A DNA stretch of 64,000 nucleotides from an uncultured delta proteobacterium. Lineage in GTDB: Bacteria; Myxococcota; Myxococcia; Myxococcales; Myxococcaceae. The stretch is from assembly GCA_963713045.1 (NCBI GenBank), contig CAVQKE010000004.1, forward strand, positions 128,001 to 192,000. The letters are read 5' to 3'. Below the pieces are notes generated by a model. The model had not been told where the DNA came from. It saw only the letters and a program-made list of their open reading frames with translations, and did not search any database. A program made the position numbers and the translations under genes. Within the stretch, counting starts at the first letter, position 1. Each line of letters opens with the position of its first letter. Positions 59,349-64,000 of the stretch are shown piece after piece.

Positions 59349-60380
59349 TTAGGTGCCGGTCGGCTGCGGCGCCGCACGGCTTCGACGGGGCTGGCCGACG
59401 GTGAGGTGGTAACGCTTGGCGGCGGATTCCAGAATGCGCTCCACCAGCTGTGTATAGGACCAGCCTCGGTCGGCGGCGGCCATCGCCAACTCGCCTCGCT
59501 TCTCGAGGTACGGGTTGGGGTTGGCCTCGAGGATGTAGGCCTCGCCGGTTCGAGCGATGCGAAAATCCAGCCGGGCGTAGTCGCGGAGCTTGAGGGCGCG
59601 GTAGGCGAGCCTCGCTGCTCGCTCAATTCTGGCGCGCAGCTCGTCGGAGAGGTCGCGGGCCATCACCAGCCGAGGGCTGCCTTCGGTTTCAGGGGCAAAC
59701 TTCACTTCTCGGTCGGAGACGCGGGGCTGGGCGGCGGACCAATTGCCGAAGTCCATCTCCACAATGGGAAGCATCTCTGGAGCGGCGCTGGGGCCGACCA
59801 GTCCGACGTACACCTCGCGCCCCTCGATGAATTCCTCGGCCAGGGCCTCGTCTTGCAAGTCGTCGCGGATGTCCCGCACCCGCTCGGTGAGCTCTTGCCA
59901 GTTCTGCACCACCGAGTGACGGCCGATGCCGATGGAGGCGTCAGAGCGTGCTGGCTTGACGATGAGCGGAAAGCGGAGCGTGCCTTTGGTCTCGAAGGTG
60001 TCGTTCTCGAAGGTGGCGAAATTCGCGGTGCGGACTTCGTGGAATTCGAGAATCTGCTTGGTGAGCACCTTGTCCTGCGCCAGCAGCAGTCCGGCCGTGC
60101 CGCTGCCGGTGAACTTCAGCTGAGCCAGCTCCATCAGGGCCGCGATGTTCACCTCCATCCGGTAGTCCTCGGCGAACGTCTCGCAGAGGTTGAACACCAG
60201 GTCGCATTTGCTCTTCTGCACGTCCCGCAGAATTTCCGGGACGCGGTCGTCGACGCCAACCTTCGTGACTTGGTGCCCGAGCTCCTGACAGGCCTCCACC
60301 ACCTCGGTGACGACGGGATCGAGTTCCTCACCCTTCGGCTGATAGTGGAGAACCGCGAGCTTCAGCGGCGGAAGTGCCAT
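59349..60380 (-). CDS. D-Ala-D-Ala ligase-like ATP-grasp protein
   Basis: LVFNLCE, FTGS, DK, PLIVKP, DASIGI, EEFIEGRE, RLDFR, EANPNP. Confidence 0.88.
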   Translation of the reverse strand: MALPPLKLAVLHYQPKGEELDPVVTEVVEACQELGHQVTKVGVDDRVPEILRDVQKSKCDLVFNLCETFAEDYRMEVNIAALMELAQLKFTGSGTAGLLLAQDKVLTKQILEFHEVRTANFATFENDTFETKGTLRFPLIVKPARSDASIGIGRHSVVQNWQELTERVRDIRDDLQDEALAEEFIEGREVYVGLVGPSAAPEMLPIVEMDFGNWSAAQPRVSDREVKFAPETEGSPRLVMARDLSDELRARIERAARLAYRALKLRDYARLDFRIARTGEAYILEANPNPYLEKRGELAMAAADRGWSYTQLVERILESAAKRYHLTVGQPRRSRAAPQPTGT

Positions 60381-60434
60381 GCGCGAGACGACAGAATACA
60401 CGTCTCGTGTCCGCGACGCCAACGCGTCGGGGCC

Positions 60435-61532
60435 TCAGTCGGCGTCGAAGAGTCGTCCGGTGTAGAGGTCGTTCATCGCGAGCGCAGTGACGAGTGAGCT
60501 CGCGCGGGTGATGTACGCGGAGCGAAGGTCTGCCTGGGCGGTGAGCTTGAGCTGTCCGGTGCGCGCGATGAGGTGGTCGACCACGCTGCGCACCACGGCG
60601 CGCTGGACGCCGGTGTACTGAGAGGCGGCCTGGATGAGAGTCTGGCGCTCGTCGATGAGGAGCTGCGAGGCGGCCAGTGGCGCGGCGCCCGGCGGCTCAA
60701 ACAGGAGAAACAGCTCCTGGTCTAACTTCTCGCCAATCTCCAAATCGGCGCGCTCGGTGAGCTCGCGCGAATGGTAGTAGTCGGCGACCGTCTCCTCCAT
60801 TTGGTCGGCGTCGATGTCGTGCGTCTCAAGACGGACTTCCGTCGGCTTGTGGCCCAATTCCTGGGCCAGCATGTCCACGTAGGTCAGCTTCTTGAGGGCC
60901 GGCCAATTTCGGTAACGGTGGCGCCAGTCCAGGCCTGGAGTTAGCCAGACTGCGAAAGTCTCGGCGAAGTCCTCGTCGGGATGCTTCTGCGCGTACCAAC
61001 CGGGAATGTGGTTGACGTAACGGCGGCTGAAGGGCTTCGGCTTGTATTCCTCGTTGTAAGGCTGGTGGTAGTCGCCGAAGAGTTGCTTCCAGGCCGGCGT
61101 CTCGTACAGCCGGTGGGCATAGGCAAAAGCGTGGCCAGCCTCGTGGCGAAGGTACATGAGGATGTCGCGTTCGCTTTCCACGCCGCCGCCGAGCTCGCCC
61201 TCGATGGACTGCAGCTGGGGGTTGGCCAGGTAAAAAGGGATGCCAATGACGGGGATGCCGTCCGGACAGCCCCATTCGTCGGAGAGGTAGCACTGCGGGC
61301 GCAGGTCCACGCCCTTCGCCTCGAGCTCGGCATACAGCTGTTGAATCAACCGCTCGAGTGGGGTGCCCGCCAGCTGCAGTTGAAGGTCCTTGATGCGGGC
61401 CTTGAGCAACGCTTGGCGTTCCGGGCGCAGCGGCTCCTTGGCGCGCTCCGGCTGGACGGGGCGCTCATGGAAGGACGAGCTTGGAGCCGGCGGAGCTTGG
61501 ACAACCGGCGCTGCGGAAGAGGCCAGGGACAC
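60435..61532 (-). CDS. Putative zinc-binding metallopeptidase (Peptidase_Mx-like)
   Basis: LRHEAGH zincin motif, YAQKHPDEDFAETFAVW. Confidence 0.85.
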   Translation of the reverse strand: MSLASSAAPVVQAPPAPSSSFHERPVQPERAKEPLRPERQALLKARIKDLQLQLAGTPLERLIQQLYAELEAKGVDLRPQCYLSDEWGCPDGIPVIGIPFYLANPQLQSIEGELGGGVESERDILMYLRHEAGHAFAYAHRLYETPAWKQLFGDYHQPYNEEYKPKPFSRRYVNHIPGWYAQKHPDEDFAETFAVWLTPGLDWRHRYRNWPALKKLTYVDMLAQELGHKPTEVRLETHDIDADQMEETVADYYHSRELTERADLEIGEKLDQELFLLFEPPGAAPLAASQLLIDERQTLIQAASQYTGVQRAVVRSVVDHLIARTGQLKLTAQADLRSAYITRASSLVTALAMNDLYTGRLFDAD

Positions 61533-61699
61533 GGGGTTAGAACGTATACGCCCTGCGCCGGGTTCCGCTTGGGCTGCGTTTGTGTCCCTCTGGTGACAAG
61601 TCCTTTCAATGGGTTACACGCCCGCTCGACTGTTGAGTAGGCGTCAGCGCCTCCATTGACACCCCTTGGCGACCCATGGCCACATGCCCTGGAAGAAAC

Positions 61700-64000
<2,301 letters not shown>

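Overview
GC-rich bacterial chromosome segment, most likely from a myxobacterium (Myxococcota). This is inferred from the tandem MXAN_4361/4362-type small proteins, PilT, PilZ and DUF6066-like proteins, and the myxobacterial-type FolP and GDH. Positions 1-30.7 kb are mostly core genes: Zn/Mn ABC transporter, acyl-CoA carboxylase, pilT, tilS-ftsH-folP-acs-glmM-pdxJ-nnr-tsaE, hutUI, grpE-htrA and gdh. A tRNA-Thr(CGT) at 31810-31881 is an integration hotspot, with one direct and one inverted copy of its 3' half. Accessory genes follow: pta plus an ackA remnant, a flavin monooxygenase, an FN3 lipoprotein, pfkA, an EXPERA protein, a lipase, lytS/lytTR-tolC-mdtABC, a DEAD-box helicase, a Ser/Thr kinase, a Zn-peptidase/ATP-grasp pair and TPP riboswitch-thiC. 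The best novel candidate is a probable outer-membrane beta-barrel selenoprotein (32140-32913, minus strand), split into two ORFs by the ORF caller. Its in-frame UGA falls exactly at mature residue +1 and is followed 11 nt later by an fdhF-like SECIS hairpin. Other unannotated signals are a sigma54-type three-hairpin small RNA with a C-rich loop (about 9069-9226), a 41-aa membrane peptide inside a segment flanked by inverted att-like repeats, and 21-bp-period LytTR boxes upstream of the efflux operon. All calls are by eye, from motifs; no database searches were run.
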